64,000 bases of DNA from Eledone cirrhosa. Its lineage: Eukaryota. Positions within the stretch are counted from its first letter, which is position 1. Every line of letters begins with the position of its first letter. The notes beneath the pieces were generated by a model. It had not been told where the DNA came from and ran no database searches. It saw nothing but the letters and a program-made list of their open reading frames with translations. The DNA is taken from positions 242,420,001-242,484,000 of the forward strand of contig OZ024742.1 of NCBI GenBank assembly GCA_964016885.1. The letters are read 5' to 3'. The position numbers and the translations under genes were made by a program. Positions 38,419 to 53,008 of the stretch are shown one piece after another.

Positions 38419-39843
38419 TCATTTTTTCGTGTTCAGTAGTGGTTTAAATTTTTCAATGAAGAATTCTTCTTTATATCTGCGGAAATGTTCGTTATCCGAC
38501 CATATCTTGAAGAAAGGGAAGATTGTGAATTTTCCCTTCCCGCATGATGCAAAGTGTGCGCTACATGTGGTATTTCTGACTGTGGGGTCTTTAATTTGTT
38601 GTTTATGTACCCGGACTCTATCATGTAATTCCGTTCCGGTTTCCCCAATGTAATACTCTTTACACTGTAGACATGTTGCGCAATATATTAGGTTTTTCGT
38701 TTTGCAGTTCATGTTTGCATTGACCTTGAAATTATCATGGTTTTTGAAGGACAACTGTTTGCCCTCTTCGATGAGTTCACAGGTTCCACATCTAGGGTCC
38801 CCGCATTTCGTCACTTGCTTTGATTCCATGTTGGTCGTAAATTTTGCCTTGGTAATTAGTTTTTTAAGGTTGGGTGCTTGGCGTCTGCTATAAATTATCT
38901 GTGTGTTTTTTAAGAGCGCATTCGTTTTGGTAGATTGCTGTAGCATCGGGAGATACTGCTTAGCAGTTTTCACAATGTTGATGTTCCCTGGGTTGTGAGT
39001 GATGATAGCAGGGTTTTCTTTTTTATGTTGTGGGTTTGGTTTTTTCAGTGTTGTTATTGGGATGTTCTTAGCCTTGGAGATGGCTGTGTTGATGAGTTTC
39101 ATCGGGTATTCTTGTTTTTTAAGGAATTTTTTCAGGTCACATAATCTTTTTTCTTGTAGTACGGGGTGTGTTGCTATAGTGCAGATGCTCCTTGCCATGT
39201 TGAAGGGAATGTTCCTTTTCGTATGTGAGGGGTGTGCTGACCGGAAATTTAAGTATTGGTGTGTGTCAGTGGGTTTGCAAAATAGGTCCGTTATGATATT
39301 TTCCCCTTCTTTAATGATGAGGATATCTAGAAAGGGCAGTTCCTTTTCGTTACATTCCATAGTGAATTGTATAGCTTCATGAAGCCTGTTTAAGATCGAA
39401 TGAAATTTTTGTAGGTCTGTTTGGCTTCTGTTCCAGAAGATGAAGCAGTCATCTAGGTAACGTATCCAGTTTTTATTAATGTAGAAGGCGAAGTCGTGAC
39501 TGAATGTTATCTGTAGTTGGGAATATAATTTTGCCTCTAAGTGACCCATAACGAGCGTTGCATATGTAGGGGCCACTTTGGCACCCATGGCTGTTCCTTT
39601 TATTTGTAGATAAAGTTCGTTGTCAAAGAGGAAGTGGTTGTTTTCCAATACTAATTTAAGTCCTTCCAAGATGAATTCTTTGGGGAATCTTTCTGAAATG
39701 TGACTTGAGTGTTTTGTAATCCAGAAGTCCACAGCTTCAATCCCTAGGTCGTGTGGAATGTTAGTGTACAGGCTTATTACATCAAAACTGACTAGGATTG
39801 TATCCTGGTATACTTTTTGGGGGATATAGTTAAGGAATTCCAT
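38419..39843 (-). CDS. PLE reverse transcriptase + GIY-YIG endonuclease (frame open from 40044; part of a disrupted pol)
   Basis: SFDVISLYTNIPH, QIKGTAMG, RYLDDCF, LPFLDILI, KPTDTHQYL, KCGDPRCGTC, NLIYCATC..YYIGETG..R..H; upstream in-frame LRPIIAG; stop at NFYG*PK. Confidence 0.92.
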   Translation of the reverse strand: MEFLNYIPQKVYQDTILVSFDVISLYTNIPHDLGIEAVDFWITKHSSHISERFPKEFILEGLKLVLENNHFLFDNELYLQIKGTAMGAKVAPTYATLVMGHLEAKLYSQLQITFSHDFAFYINKNWIRYLDDCFIFWNRSQTDLQKFHSILNRLHEAIQFTMECNEKELPFLDILIIKEGENIITDLFCKPTDTHQYLNFRSAHPSHTKRNIPFNMARSICTIATHPVLQEKRLCDLKKFLKKQEYPMKLINTAISKAKNIPITTLKKPNPQHKKENPAIITHNPGNINIVKTAKQYLPMLQQSTKTNALLKNTQIIYSRRQAPNLKKLITKAKFTTNMESKQVTKCGDPRCGTCELIEEGKQLSFKNHDNFKVNANMNCKTKNLIYCATCLQCKEYYIGETGTELHDRVRVHKQQIKDPTVRNTTCSAHFASCGKGKFTIFPFFKIWSDNEHFRRYKEEFFIEKFKPLLNTKK

Positions 39844-40044
39844 ATCATCTCTGATGTAGCTTGGAACTTTTTTACATAGGGGTTTGAGTATGATGTCTAA
39901 TAGGTTGCTAAGACGTTGTGTGCTTGAGGCTGGGCCAGCAATAATGGGGCGTAATTTTAAGTCTGTCGGCTTTGGTGCTTCGATGTATGATGTATTTTTC
40001 CCTTTTATGTTGTTTTGGATTTCTATGGATTTGGGAATTTTTGG

Positions 40045-41410
40045 TTATCCATAGAAGTTGCTGGTTTTCATTTCGAAGTTGGTTAGGTAATCTACTTCTT
40101 TTGGTGTTAGGTTGTTTTAGTACTTTGTTGTTAGTTTGCCTATTTGGTTCCTCGATTTCCTTTCTTCGTTTTTACTGATTTTCCTGTAGAAGTTTTCGTC
40201 ATTCAAGTGTGCTAGAACCATATCTGTGTAGTGGTTTGTGTCCATGATGACGATTGCTCACCTTTGTCCGCTTCTTTTATTATTATTGAGGAATCCCTTT
40301 GTAGCTTGTTCAATGCTAGTAGTTGGTCTGTAGGGATGTTGCGTTTGTGTTTCGTCTCGGCCGTATTTGTACTTCCTGATCGGCGAAGGCAGGTTATGTA
40401 TTCCTCCAGGTATGTATCTCTATTTAGCGGGGTTGTGAAGTTCTTTTTGTTTTTCACCAGTGATTCTTCCTCGTATTGTACACCCTGGAAGAATTCTCCT
40501 AAGCGTAATTTTCGACAGTATTCTTCTGTGTCTTTTATAACATCGGCTGTATCTGCTTTCGGAGTGGGAGTGAACTTCAGTCCATTTTCTAACAGTTGTA
40601 TTTCTGGTTGTGTTAATTTCTTGGCTGATATATTGATTATTTTTGGTTCGATTGGTTCTTTCTCGTCAGGTGCCACTTGAAAGGTGGTGCTTTTTTCTTT
40701 TTTTCTTTCATTTGGTGCGAGGCCTCTAGTCGTAAAAAATGGGTGCCATTTGGGATAGGGGTGTTTCTGTTGTGGTGAAACCTTTGGCCCGCCGGAACTT
40801 CATGCCGGTAACTGGTTGGACGATAGACTCTTGCGTGGTTGTTGCTGTATGGGGGTCTGGTTCTTCTGTTGTTTCGTTCAGTATTCATGTGTCTTTGATT
40901 TTGTGTCCAGTAATTGTTCTTGGTGTTATGGCAGTGGTTGTATCTGGTTCTGGTGTTGAGTATTGGGTCCGTATGTAGTTGTGTGTTTGGGGTTACCCAA
41001 TATCTGGTTGTTGTTGGTTTATTGTGTGTGGGTGCTTCATTTCTTGTGTTGTTGTATTTTCCTGAGTTCTGGGGTATCCTATGGGTTTGTTTTCTGGGTT
41101 TTATTTGGTCTTTCCCATAGTTATCTTCATATTCTTGAAGCCATTGAGTTCTTGACTCCAAGATTTTCTTTGATTTTAACTCCTCTCTAGTTGTATCTGT
41201 CTGCCATAGGTTAAGGAGTTTTTCACGTACATTGCTGCTGCTTCTTTTGTTTATTTCCTCTTGGATAGTGGGGTCGCATTTTTCAAATTTCTCTTTGAAT
41301 TTTGGCACTCTTAGGCGGAGTAGGGTGATTTCTGTCTCAAGTGTTTGGAGTGCTATATTTAGACTTGTTGCAGTTTCTTCCTTTGATTCCGATGGTATTT
41401 CTTTAATTCG
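40045..41410 (-). pseudogene. Frameshifted N-terminal part of PLE pol
   Basis: IINISAKKLT..LLENGLKFTPTP..IIIKEADKG (PLE N-terminal DKG motif), split across frames. Confidence 0.85.
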
Positions 41411-41412
41411 GA

Positions 41413-41445
<33 letters not shown>

Positions 41446-41738
41446 CGAGGGTCGGCTGTAATCTTCATAGACTGACCAAAATATACATGCAAGATTTGAA
41501 AGATCTAGTATTAATCCTTCATATTCAGCCTTCGAACTTTTCAGCTAACTCTCTTATATTCTTAATTATGGCTAATCTGATTACGTTAGGGTTTCACCTG
41601 TATACCGATAGGATTATCAGAGAGTCTTGCCTAACACTCTAGAGTAACAAGACTCATTACTTAACCATACTGAAGAATATTATTAAACTCTACTTCATTT
41701 CCGAATACTCATTCTCGAGTCTGTTCATATCATATAAT

Positions 41739-41823
<85 letters not shown>

Positions 41824-42011
41824 CATAGGAAAAGAGTCAGGACCCCGACGGCTGAGCTCCAGCCGTTTAGACAGCTAGATCTAGCTATCGGAAAGGTCAA
41901 AGCTCCGCCGTCGGGATCCTGCCTCCTTTCCTATTACCCACTCTACTTTCCTAAATATTGACTACTCTGATGCGGTATCTTACCACACACTCTTTGTTAT
42001 ATATATATATA

Positions 42012-42595
42012 CTAGCAGTGGTATACGGCGTTGCACGGGATAAGGTATTTTGGAACGAGGGCCGCCAACAGACCTAAACGTGTAAAAACTGCATGCTTGG
42101 ACAATATGTAAAGAAAATAAACCGAATGCTCTGATGGCTGGATATCTTTAAGATTTTCCTCGATTTTCCTCGATTTTCCTCGATGAAGCAGTACAAGTGA
42201 AATAACTCTGAATGCGTTTTAGACCTCACGCCTCAAAAAAGCCCTAAGAAGCTGAAAAAATGAAGATTTTCACCTAATGCGGGCCCTAGGCCATAAAAAA
42301 GTTGCATTTTCTTTGATCACGGTATGCAGAAGAGACTGATTAATACATAGTTACAATTTCAAGGAAATTGGTCTGACGTAACGCCTCAAAAAAACCTAAA
42401 AGACTGAAAAAACGCAGCTTTTCACCTAATGCGGGCCCTAGGGATCAAAACGTTGAATTATTTATGTGCATGACACCTAAAACATAAGTAATACGCATGT
42501 AAAGTTTGAAAAAAATCGGTTCGATACTTCTCGAGTTTTAGGGATTTAAACTCACAGACACACAGACAGACATCCTCAGTTTTATATATAAGGAT
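42012..42595 (-). mobile_element. Non-autonomous Helitron
   Basis: Minus strand A|TCCTTATATATAAAA ... CCCGTGCAACGCCG..CTAG|T; internal direct repeat ~42228-42310 / ~42381-42455. Confidence 0.75.
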
Positions 42596-42679
42596 ATATA
42601 GATATATGTGTGTATGATATGTATATATATCATACACACATATATCATGCGGCGCATGTGGTGTGTGTGTGGGGGGGGG

Positions 42680-42761
<82 letters not shown>

Positions 42762-45700
42762 TTCATCTAAGTATTTAAGTATTCATCCGTTTCACAAACT
42801 GGCTAGCTACCTTTCTCTTAAAAATCAACCGGCGAGTCAGATCCTTACTAACAATAAACTTGTCTTTTCGCGCTGAGCAAATGCCTTAAATTAGGCGACA
42901 ACGGTGTTCTTTAATGCTGCATTAAAATTATTCTTCCCTTTCAAATAGTGTGTGTATGAAAGAGAAAAATAAAGAATCCTTTAGTGTATATAAATGCATG
43001 TATCCGTATGCATGCATGTGTGGTGAAACATTAGTATGTCTGTGAGTCTTTATTTGCATATTCCCAATGTTATTTTAAGAGCACGTTTAAAAACACAAAT
43101 TTCAAACGTGTAATTAAAACTGTGGACACTTCACAAAATCTCAAATTAAGATTTATGGCATTTGCTCCAGATTTATTAACGTAAAACGAAATCGATTTTC
43201 TATTATCATTCTACTCTTTGAAGCTTTTGTATTTATCTTGAGCTTTGATGATCCCGTTGGCCAAATAACTAAACACTAGTATTTAAAGGAGGTTAAATTG
43301 CTTCTAGAAGTAATTTTTTTCTGTCGTGAAAGTGTTTGTATTGAGGAACAATCCGTTCTTTTCGATAATGGCTTGGTTCATAAAAATGATCACAGACTCT
43401 GGAGAGCGAGAAAAAAATCTCCTCTAACATAATAGAAAGTAATTTATTTATGAAGCCATTGCTCTGTGAATACCTTGGATAGAATTTCAATTCTAACAGA
43501 AGTTGGTTATCAAACGTTTGTTTAGTGGACAGTAATTTTGTTCGCACGCAATATATGAGAACAGAGAGTGGGGAATTTGTATGTCAGAACCTCAGACAAT
43601 ACTCTGTAGTAATTTGAGGTTAATTCTACATTTCAACCTTCTCAATTCGATGAAATAAAGTACCAGTGATATACTACGGTGGATATACTTGATCATGTGG
43701 TGCGCCAAATTTTGTTGCTTTGTGCGCATATTGTAAGTAAATAAGTGCAAATGTCAATTCATTAATGAGTTCTAACTGGAGAGAAGAGTCGTACGATCGT
43801 ATTTCGTCAATAGTTCGCTGCTCTACTTTTATCAAGGCATGATACTAGACAATTAACACTGAATTTGTAGCACAACAGGAAAGGGAGAGAGCTTGGAAGG
43901 AGAAACAGAACTGAATAATATACTGAACTAACTGAAATGTTTCAGTACCAATAATGAATCATCTAATAATAGGTTGATAACATTTCGAGGGATATTTCAC
44001 AATATTCCAGATATAACTGGACAACTGTGTTTATAGTGCATTCATAAATCATTATTATACTGGTTCATAAATCATTATTATATTGAATCCATGAAGATTG
44101 TATCGTTCTGGCAGGAAAATATGGGAAACAGAAGATCATTGAAATAATATTAATTAATACTGTCTTTTGATGATCGATTTTACAACAGAATGATGCGCGC
44201 TTCCAAATATTTCCAAATATTTGTATTGTCGTCTCAATGCTGGAAATCATTCATGCAACAATTCCAGCGATCCAAGTTCAATTAGGCTTTTAATTAATTT
44301 TCTATATTGTTTGTAGTTAAATAAAATTGAGTCACCATAATTTAGTGGTGCTATCTGGAGCCAGCAAAGGAAGTATCAGTAACATACGTATCAAGAGGTC
44401 GCCGCCATACACGAACTAAATCATTTGTATCTTATAGATAGGAGTTGAATGAGCAATTCTTATTTCCATAGAGGACGCTTTTTGCCATGATATCAAACAA
44501 TCTTACTACCCTGTCTTGGGTCTAAATAAATTTAATATATGATTTTTATAAAGAAAGGCTAGAAGTGTTAGAGAACTGACGTCAGTTGTTTATTATCCAT
44601 CCGAGGTCATCCGAAGTATGAGACATGTACGTACCATGTTTAGCTATAACCCTTCATTGAAATGTGTGACCTTGTGCCAATGCTAGGAATCAATATTATT
44701 CAAGCTATTGAATTCATCAGAGGCGCCATACGACTCTTCATTCTCAAAAAGCTTCAAGGGCTATTGATCATGCAGGAATCTTCTCATTATTTCTTACACA
44801 AAACTCGATGTTTTCTCTGGTGGTCAGCGAATTGGCTTTGTATTCTGTCATATCTCACATAGAAAACTATTATTGTCAGGAGAAGAACTAGTAACGTGAC
44901 TATAAGTCTTACCATCATTGTAATGTATCAACTATTTAGCTTTTCAAATATTTACGTGCATTTCTATACTACCTGTTGTGCGCAGTGAATCACTTAACAG
45001 TCAGAAAAATCTTTATATGCATTCTATTCTAATATATCGTTACAATAGTTTCCTAATTCTACCATTTTCTCGACACAAAGACCCCTATATAATCTTTGTT
45101 TTACCTTATTGATGAGTTTTATTTTGAGTTTGTTTCATTTATATATTTTTTTGTACATTTATTGCCTTTTTTTATCGCAAATACATGTTTTCATCTCAAA
45201 GGATGCATTCTATTAATCTTAGGTTTTAGAAATTTCACAACACATTTCAAACAGAAAGGGGAAAAGAAAGTATATTCTGATGATCATGTTTTTTTAACCC
45301 ATTCATAAAATATTTTTCGCCTTGTGTTTATTATATATTTTATTTTATTTTGCTATTCGTAATTTTCGATTCTTCAACTATTCTGTCTCCTATGTATTTA
45401 TTATTTTTATCATTATTTATTTTATTTTTTGCTTCTTATAGCCGCAAAAGTTTTAAACTCATGTACATCACTATAACAGAGAAAATAATACGCCTGTTCA
45501 TATACACCTTCGCGCGCGTGGGATGATACATAAGCATATATTAGTTGAATTGCATCGTTCAAAAACATCAAATAAAATTGAGCACGTCTCTTGTAATTCA
45601 GCATTGTTTGGGAGACTTTTTATTAATCAACTTAAAATTGTCTGCACTTAATTAATGATAATCGATTTAATACTGTTAGTATGAAATCGATTTACCAATT

Positions 45701-47299
45701 TATATTGAATTAACTATTTTAACTATGATATTTTAAAGTAGAAATCGAATCAAAGGAACAGAACGTGTTGTAGGAAGATTCAATCTTTAAAACGAAATAT
45801 TATATATACTAAAGGGATAATGTAGCTAATGGTTTCAATTATATCCTCATAATTATCAATAAACATGAGAGAAGTAGGAACTATACAATTTAGATGACCT
45901 TTTTTTAAAATAATAGATCTTGTAATACCCAGAGGATGAAAAGCTTCATAGATTACTCTTATTCTAGTGGTTGTTTGAGAAATTGGCGTTGAATCAATGT
46001 CTCTTCATTATAGATGCTAATACGCTTGGAAATTCATGATTGTTACAACATTAACTTTCATTCCTAATTTAAATTACAGAACACATATGTCTAGTCTAAA
46101 GTAACTTCTATTCTTAAACATCATGGATGGCTTTTTTCAAAATAGAAAGGGCAGCGTCCATAATCCTTTTCATACACTCCGAAACTGTGGGAAAGAACCG
46201 AGGAAGTTTGCCACAGGCCTGACCCGAATGCATACAACAAAGTTAACTTTACAAAAGCACCTTTGTATTATGTTGTGGTGTCAAACTAGGCGCAGTTTTA
46301 AGTCTTCCACATACAAAAATGACTTATGCTAAAATATTATTTTCCTTAGTCTGTGTACAAATCTAAACCCGTCAAGTTAAACGGTCATAGTTAAGTATAC
46401 TGAAGTATAATAAATTATTGGCTATTATTTTATTAACATGTACGCAAGGAGAGGGAAACTAAATTTACCCTAGCAGACCAGATTGCAAAGAAAGAAAACT
46501 AAATATTTTAAACTCTTATGGAACAGTATCATTATATATTTCAGTTACCACTTCATCATTACATCGAACCGTTAGTATTAGCATTGAAGATTCTCCGCAT
46601 AAACATAAAATCTCAGATATCTAGAGACGAGTGAAGAGGCAACGGCAACAAAGATTAGAACCACTTTACAAACAAATTTAAAGTTGAATTTTAGTTCTCA
46701 GTTGAATCTATTCCCTCCTCGTACCTCTTCCCGATACCACATGTCAAAACTCTGGAAATAAACAGGAGGAAGCACAGGAAATGCAGCAATATTTACTTGT
46801 TCGTGTACATTTTTATTCCGAAGTGACAAGTTAAAATATATTCTTTACTATACTTTGATATATGTCTATGTGATACAAATCAGCTTTCTCAACACTTAAA
46901 GTGGCAATATAATAATAATAGTATATATATATATATATATATGTGTGTGGGGGGGGTCTGTGTGTGTGTGTGTATGTGTGTGTGTGTGTGTGTGTCTGTG
47001 TGTGTGTGTGTGTGTGTATGTGTGTATGTGTGTATGTGTGTGTGTGTGTATGTGTGCGTGTGTGTGTGTATGTGTGTGTATATGTATCTATATACTTTAA
47101 AGCTGACGGCCGTATGTAGGTAACAAACTTTCCGCCAAACGGCTGGACCAAACAGCACCAAATTTGCACCATAGATGTAACTTTTTCCAAGTAAGAAAGT
47201 GAGGGTATTTCTGTCTACTGAATTTTGTTAAAAGTAAAGACATTATTTAAATATTCACTTCTTTAAAATGTTCAAATGTCAACACTTCCGGTTATAGGA

Positions 47300-47470
47300 C
47301 ATTCCTAACGTCTTCACAAACCAAAGTACCATCTTCCTGTTTTCTTTCGGTTGCAACGATTTTCGAAATATTTACTTCTGCGTTCACGGATTGATTTTTT
47401 TAGTTTCAGAAGATCCCGTTAAGGGTCGAAGCAGCAATTCTTTGCTTAAACTTTAATCTGTTATTTTAAT
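47300..47470 (+). mobile_element. pLTR family C fragment with degenerate HHR (47402-47452)
   Basis: Homologous to the reverse complement of 53716-53890 and to 5450-5517. Confidence 0.7.
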
Positions 47471-47667
47471 ATATATATATATATAATTATATATTCGTGT
47501 ACAGATATTTTTGCATACACAAAAACAAAATATAAACAAACGTATTTATTTCATGAAAGCACAGACGGCTTATCGTCATTGTTACTGCCGATATGCCACC
47601 CAAAATGTCCTAGCCTGGCCGCAAGATCAGATTTTCCAGAATAAAAACTGTTACTAGAGCAACAGAG

Positions 47668-47776
47668 AGCCTAAACTTCACGATTACCGTCAACAAAGCT
47701 CAGGGTCAAACCTTAAAAGTGGCTGGCCTTCATCTGGGAAAACCATGGTTAATTGTAACTAGGATGTTCTAGGGTG
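47668..47776 (+). pseudogene. Helitron/PIF1 helicase motif V-VI remnant
   Basis: FTITVNKAQGQTLKVAGLHL..(frameshift) HG*L*LGCSRV, matching the AMTINKAQGQT..HGQLYVAxSRV consensus. Confidence 0.7.
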
Positions 47777-49524
47777 AACTAAGGAAAACGAGAGGAAGGA
47801 GAGAAGGAGAAAAGAAACCTACAATGAAACATCTTAAAGTTTACCCAAGCCAAATGTTGTATTTATTAACATTTCTATCTGCAGGTTCTTAGCAAGCTTA
47901 CTGGCGCTTTAATATGGTATTCATATCGTTTTTGATTGATATGGTGCATATATCGCAGCTATTCATATGTTTTAAACATTAGATAACGATTGCTGATGGA
48001 TATTGTATGACAGAATTAGCTGAAAAATATTTTGAATGAACAAATAAAAGAGATATAAAAGAGAGATGTTGGTCGGTTGGTTCCTTCGCGTATCACACGA
48101 AAAAAACGGAAAGTGACAATCGGAAAGTATGTACAGGATTGGGATAAGAGTATATCCATGAAAGTTTATTGATACTAATTTTATAACACCAAAGAAGAAG
48201 AAAGACATACCACGTATGCTATTTCTAGCAGGCTGGGAGTCAACCATAAGGGATTCTTTCTGCGAGTTCGTTGTCAGTGATGATCGTATTTCGCGGCCTA
48301 TGTCTCCGATTCCAACGGTGGATTACACACACACGCGCGCGCGCGCGCACACTCCCACTCACACAGGCACACACATATATATATATACACACACACACAC
48401 ATATATATATACATATACACACACACACACGAACACTCACACACACACACATATATATATATACAAACACACAAACACACACACACACACACACAAACAC
48501 ACACACGCACAATACAGACACACTGTAAACAAGACAATGTAATCAATACAGACGTTTTCTCTTCTGCCGGTCTTCTCTTATCATTTGTTAAACTTGGCTA
48601 AGCTGGGTACCTCAGCTAGAATATTATATTCTCTGGATAGAGTTGTTTGTACACTGCTTGACAGATTTTACTGATTTGTCTTTACATTAGTCTACTATTG
48701 TATTTTTTGCAATGGAGGCTTTTTCTTACATAATATCGAATCTACAAGACTTTGATGTTGTTATTATTTATTTTGAGAGCAATACCTTAACATTGGTATA
48801 AACGACCAGTTACGGTCAGGTTTAAACAGAGAGTGATAAGAGAATTCTGGTTGGATACAGTCGGTTTAAATGATAAAGGGTTAAAGCAAGTGGCAGATAT
48901 AATCTGTGCTATAAGGAGTAAAATATTAATTTAAATAATATTGAAATGTAATAAAGTTTTCTCTCATCATAAAGATATCTAACAATAAACAGGCTAATAA
49001 TTTGATTATCTTAGCCAAAACATAGAGTGCCACTAAGCCAATATTCTTAAATTACATTTTTCAGTTAAAGACTTACTTCAATGTTTTTTAAATATTAAGT
49101 ATTTTGTATAGTAAGATGTTGAAAGTAATGTCGTAAATTTGTTGCATTATCACCACAAAATCCTGGTATAATTCTTTAAATCACACAAATTTGATAAATA
49201 GTTAAACAACAACTGACTTGTATATATATATATATATGTATATATAGAAATGTGTGTGTATGTGTATATATATACACATTCATATATATATATGTATGTA
49301 TGTATATATACATTTATATATTACACAGAAAAAAAGACAATCAGTGTTGCGACGAATGGAATTTATTGTACATATTGCAATTGTTTGTAATATGTCCAAT
49401 AAATTCCATTCGTCGCAACACGGATTCTCTTTTTTTCTGTGATATCATACTCTGCTCTATGAGTGCTTCGAGTGCTCAAACGGCCTACCGCAAACGGACG
49501 CTTTAAGCGTCCAACACCAATTAT

Positions 49525-49651
<127 letters not shown>

Positions 49652-49885
49652 CAACCCGGCTGAACCTCTACAGTAACTCCAAGTTACACTCCCTGGATAT
49701 ATATATATATTATATGTGTGTGTGTGTGTATGTATGTGTATGTATGTATGTGTGTGTGTGTATATACATATATATATGTGTATTTGTATGTGTATATATA
49801 TATATATATGTATATTTGCTCTAGTGTTCTAATATATATTTATATCGAGCCCTCTTGGGATTTTTGTCTTCAAATTTATTATTAT

Positions 49886-49933
<48 letters not shown>

Positions 49934-50197
49934 TTTTTACTGAAAATATCGAATAATGTACACCATTTTACCAGTATCACAAAAATACTGGTCCACCCAC
50001 ACACACATTCTCACACACACACACACATATATACACACACACATACACACGCGTACATTAACATACAAAGAGACATATACACACACACTTCTCCGTATAA
50101 GTCAAGAGCTGAAACATATCTTTTAACATGTTAAAATATCCCCCACACACTTACAGACACATTCCTACTGACCATCCCTCTACCACAAATTACTCTG

Positions 50198-50241
<44 letters not shown>

Positions 50242-50810
50242 ACACACACACTTGTCTTAATAGGCATTAGAACTGTCAACAGGCTGCGGTTCGCACACAT
50301 ATCCCTGCTGACCATTATCACAACAACGAACCTCTTTACTACTACTACACACACACACACACACATATTTGTTTTGAAAGACTTATTTTTCAGTGACTTC
50401 TCAATCAGCCGACACAAACCTACATTTGGCGCAAAATCAATTTTTAACATTCACATGACCTCTACCGACCAATCAAAATTGTTTTGACCACAAGAATTTT
50501 TGTAACACGAATTGGCGCGAAACTTATTTTAATACCTATGGAGCCACTTTTTTCACATAAAAACAGGTATAATCTCCAAAACTAATCAGATTAGAGCAAA
50601 CATCACGGACACTCTATCTCAAATTTATTTTTGAAAAGCATTAGAAATGCGCAACCGGTAAAACTTAAAACCAAAACTGAATAATAACCAATACTATTAC
50701 TAATTTTCACTTATTCCTAATTAAACTATTTTTCACTGGGAACAATTTGTCAGCATTTTCTTTTCCTTTTACCAATATATCATAACTCGTGTGTTACACC
50801 TCTATTCTTT

Positions 50811-50947
<137 letters not shown>

Positions 50948-50952
50948 ATGTA

Positions 50953-51020
<68 letters not shown>

Positions 51021-51229
51021 CATAAGAGTGTGTGTTATTGCGAGTGTGTGGGAGTGATGGTTTTATATGTGTGTGTGGGTGTGTGAATGTGCTTGTAGAC
51101 ACCTGACCAAAGGCATTGTTAGCTTAAGTGAACCTTAAAAATCAGGACCCCCAGAGTGAACCTGTCTATAGAATTATTTCTGCCTTTGTTATTTTAAATA
51201 TAGATTTTAAAGAATTCCCTTTTCTTTAA

Positions 51230-51362
51230 ACCCATGACCTCCACCCATGCAAATCACCACCCTCTCCTACTACCAGAACAGATATAAATACCACCATATT
51301 ACTTGGGCAGCCAGCTTCCTGATGATTTCTCCGGTATGAAACAGTTCTAGTCATTTCTATAT

Positions 51363-51366
<4 letters not shown>
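51230..51366 (+). mobile_element. pLTR family B copy: TATA-like box and HHR lacking the stem I 3' strand
   Basis: TATAAATA at 51283-51290, CTGATGA at 51319, GAAA at 51338; CTGTAGAAGCC deleted. Confidence 0.65.
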
Positions 51367-51459
<93 letters not shown>

Positions 51460-51529
51460 AGAGGTAGAACAGTGGAAGGTAATATCAGTAGTGGTAGACC
51501 ACTCAGGTCAGTGGGACGAGTTAGGTAGA

Positions 51530-51878
<349 letters not shown>

Positions 51879-51891
51879 TTAATATAGAAAT

Positions 51892-51943
51892 GGCTTCTAC
51901 AGGCCTAGAACTGTTTCATTCGAAAGAAATCATCAGGTAAACC
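51892..51943 (-). ncRNA. Hammerhead ribozyme, family B (diverged)
   Basis: rc ..CTGATGA-TTTC TTTC GAAT-GAA-ACAG..CTGT-A-GAAGCC. Confidence 0.6.
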
Positions 51944-52109
51944 GACTGTCAATGTGATATGGTGGTATTTAAATATTTTCTGGTGGTAGGGGAAGGTGGT
52001 GATTGGGATGGCTGGGGTCATTGGCTGATGAATTTAAAGATAAAAATACATAGTGATACAGAATGATACAAATGCAGGCACTCCTAATTTTCAAGGATTA
52101 TTTATTCTA

Positions 52110-52505
52110 AGGGCGGTGGATTGGCAGTATCGGTAGAGGGTCGGACGCCATGCTTTTCCGCATAGTTACGTCCCTTTACGATCTGAGTTCAAATCCCGCC
52201 GAGCTTGACTTTGCCTTTCATCCTTACGGGTTCGATAAAATAAAGTACTAGTAATGCACTAGGTAATTTGCTGGCCTTGTGCCTAAAGTAGAAACAGTTA
52301 TTTATTCTAAGCGGTGGACTGTCAGTATCGGTAGAGGGTCGGATGCCATGCTTTGGTTCATAGAGTTACGGTCCTTGCCATTCTGAGTTCAAATCCCTCC
52401 GAGGTTAACTTTGCCTTTCATCCTTACGCGGTCGATGAAATAAAGTACCAGTAATGTACTGGGTATTTTGCTGGCCTTGTGTCAATAGTAGAAACAGTTA
52501 TTTAT
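52110..52505 (+). mobile_element. Two tandem SINE S1 copies
   Basis: Full heads GGCGGTGGATTGGCAGTATCGG; TTATTCTAAG appears before, between and after the copies. Confidence 0.85.
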
Positions 52506-52759
52506 TCTAAGCAAACAAAGGGTTTTCATTAAGTGGCTGTATTAACATGCTCCGTTAAAGGATGGTGAAGTTTGAAAAAGATGGTCAGATGTTTACAATC
52601 ACATGCACACACGCACATATATATATACAAATATATATATCTATATAAGTTGTAATGATGAAAACGAAATTTCATTTCTCACTCTTAGTACGGCACTTAC
52701 TTAAATGTAAGTATGTATGTATACGTACATACATATATGTATACAGACGTACAGTAGCA

Positions 52760-52815
<56 letters not shown>

Positions 52816-52965
52816 CAGGTACACATACATATATGTACGTATCAGTTTAGCTGACGTTTATTATAACGCCCGCTTTGTCCGGTTGTAAACAAACTGACAG
52901 CCTGAATTTATGCCGTACGGTGTTAAGGCAAACACGTCACCTTTTTGTTCAACACTGACACAGGA

Positions 52966-53008
52966 ACGATGTACTAGTTTCAAGCTTCTTAGCTATCATC
53001 AGCACCGT
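52966..53008 (-). ncRNA. Hammerhead ribozyme, family A
   Basis: rc ACGGTG-CTGATGA-TAGC TAAGAA GCTT-GAA-ACTAGT-A-CATCGT. Confidence 0.87.

Larger units (their letters stand above)
36860..41412 (-). mobile_element. Near full-length decayed PLE (Neptune-like Cys linker) with long TG/TA-rich 3' UTR
   Basis: pol fragments at 38419-41410; 5' end abuts (TA)n; 3' boundary uncertain. Confidence 0.75.

Noticed and set aside
42900-46830. Repeat-poor stretch as a host gene exon cluster
   Set aside because: Only short ORFs with no recognisable domains; cannot be supported without RNA data.
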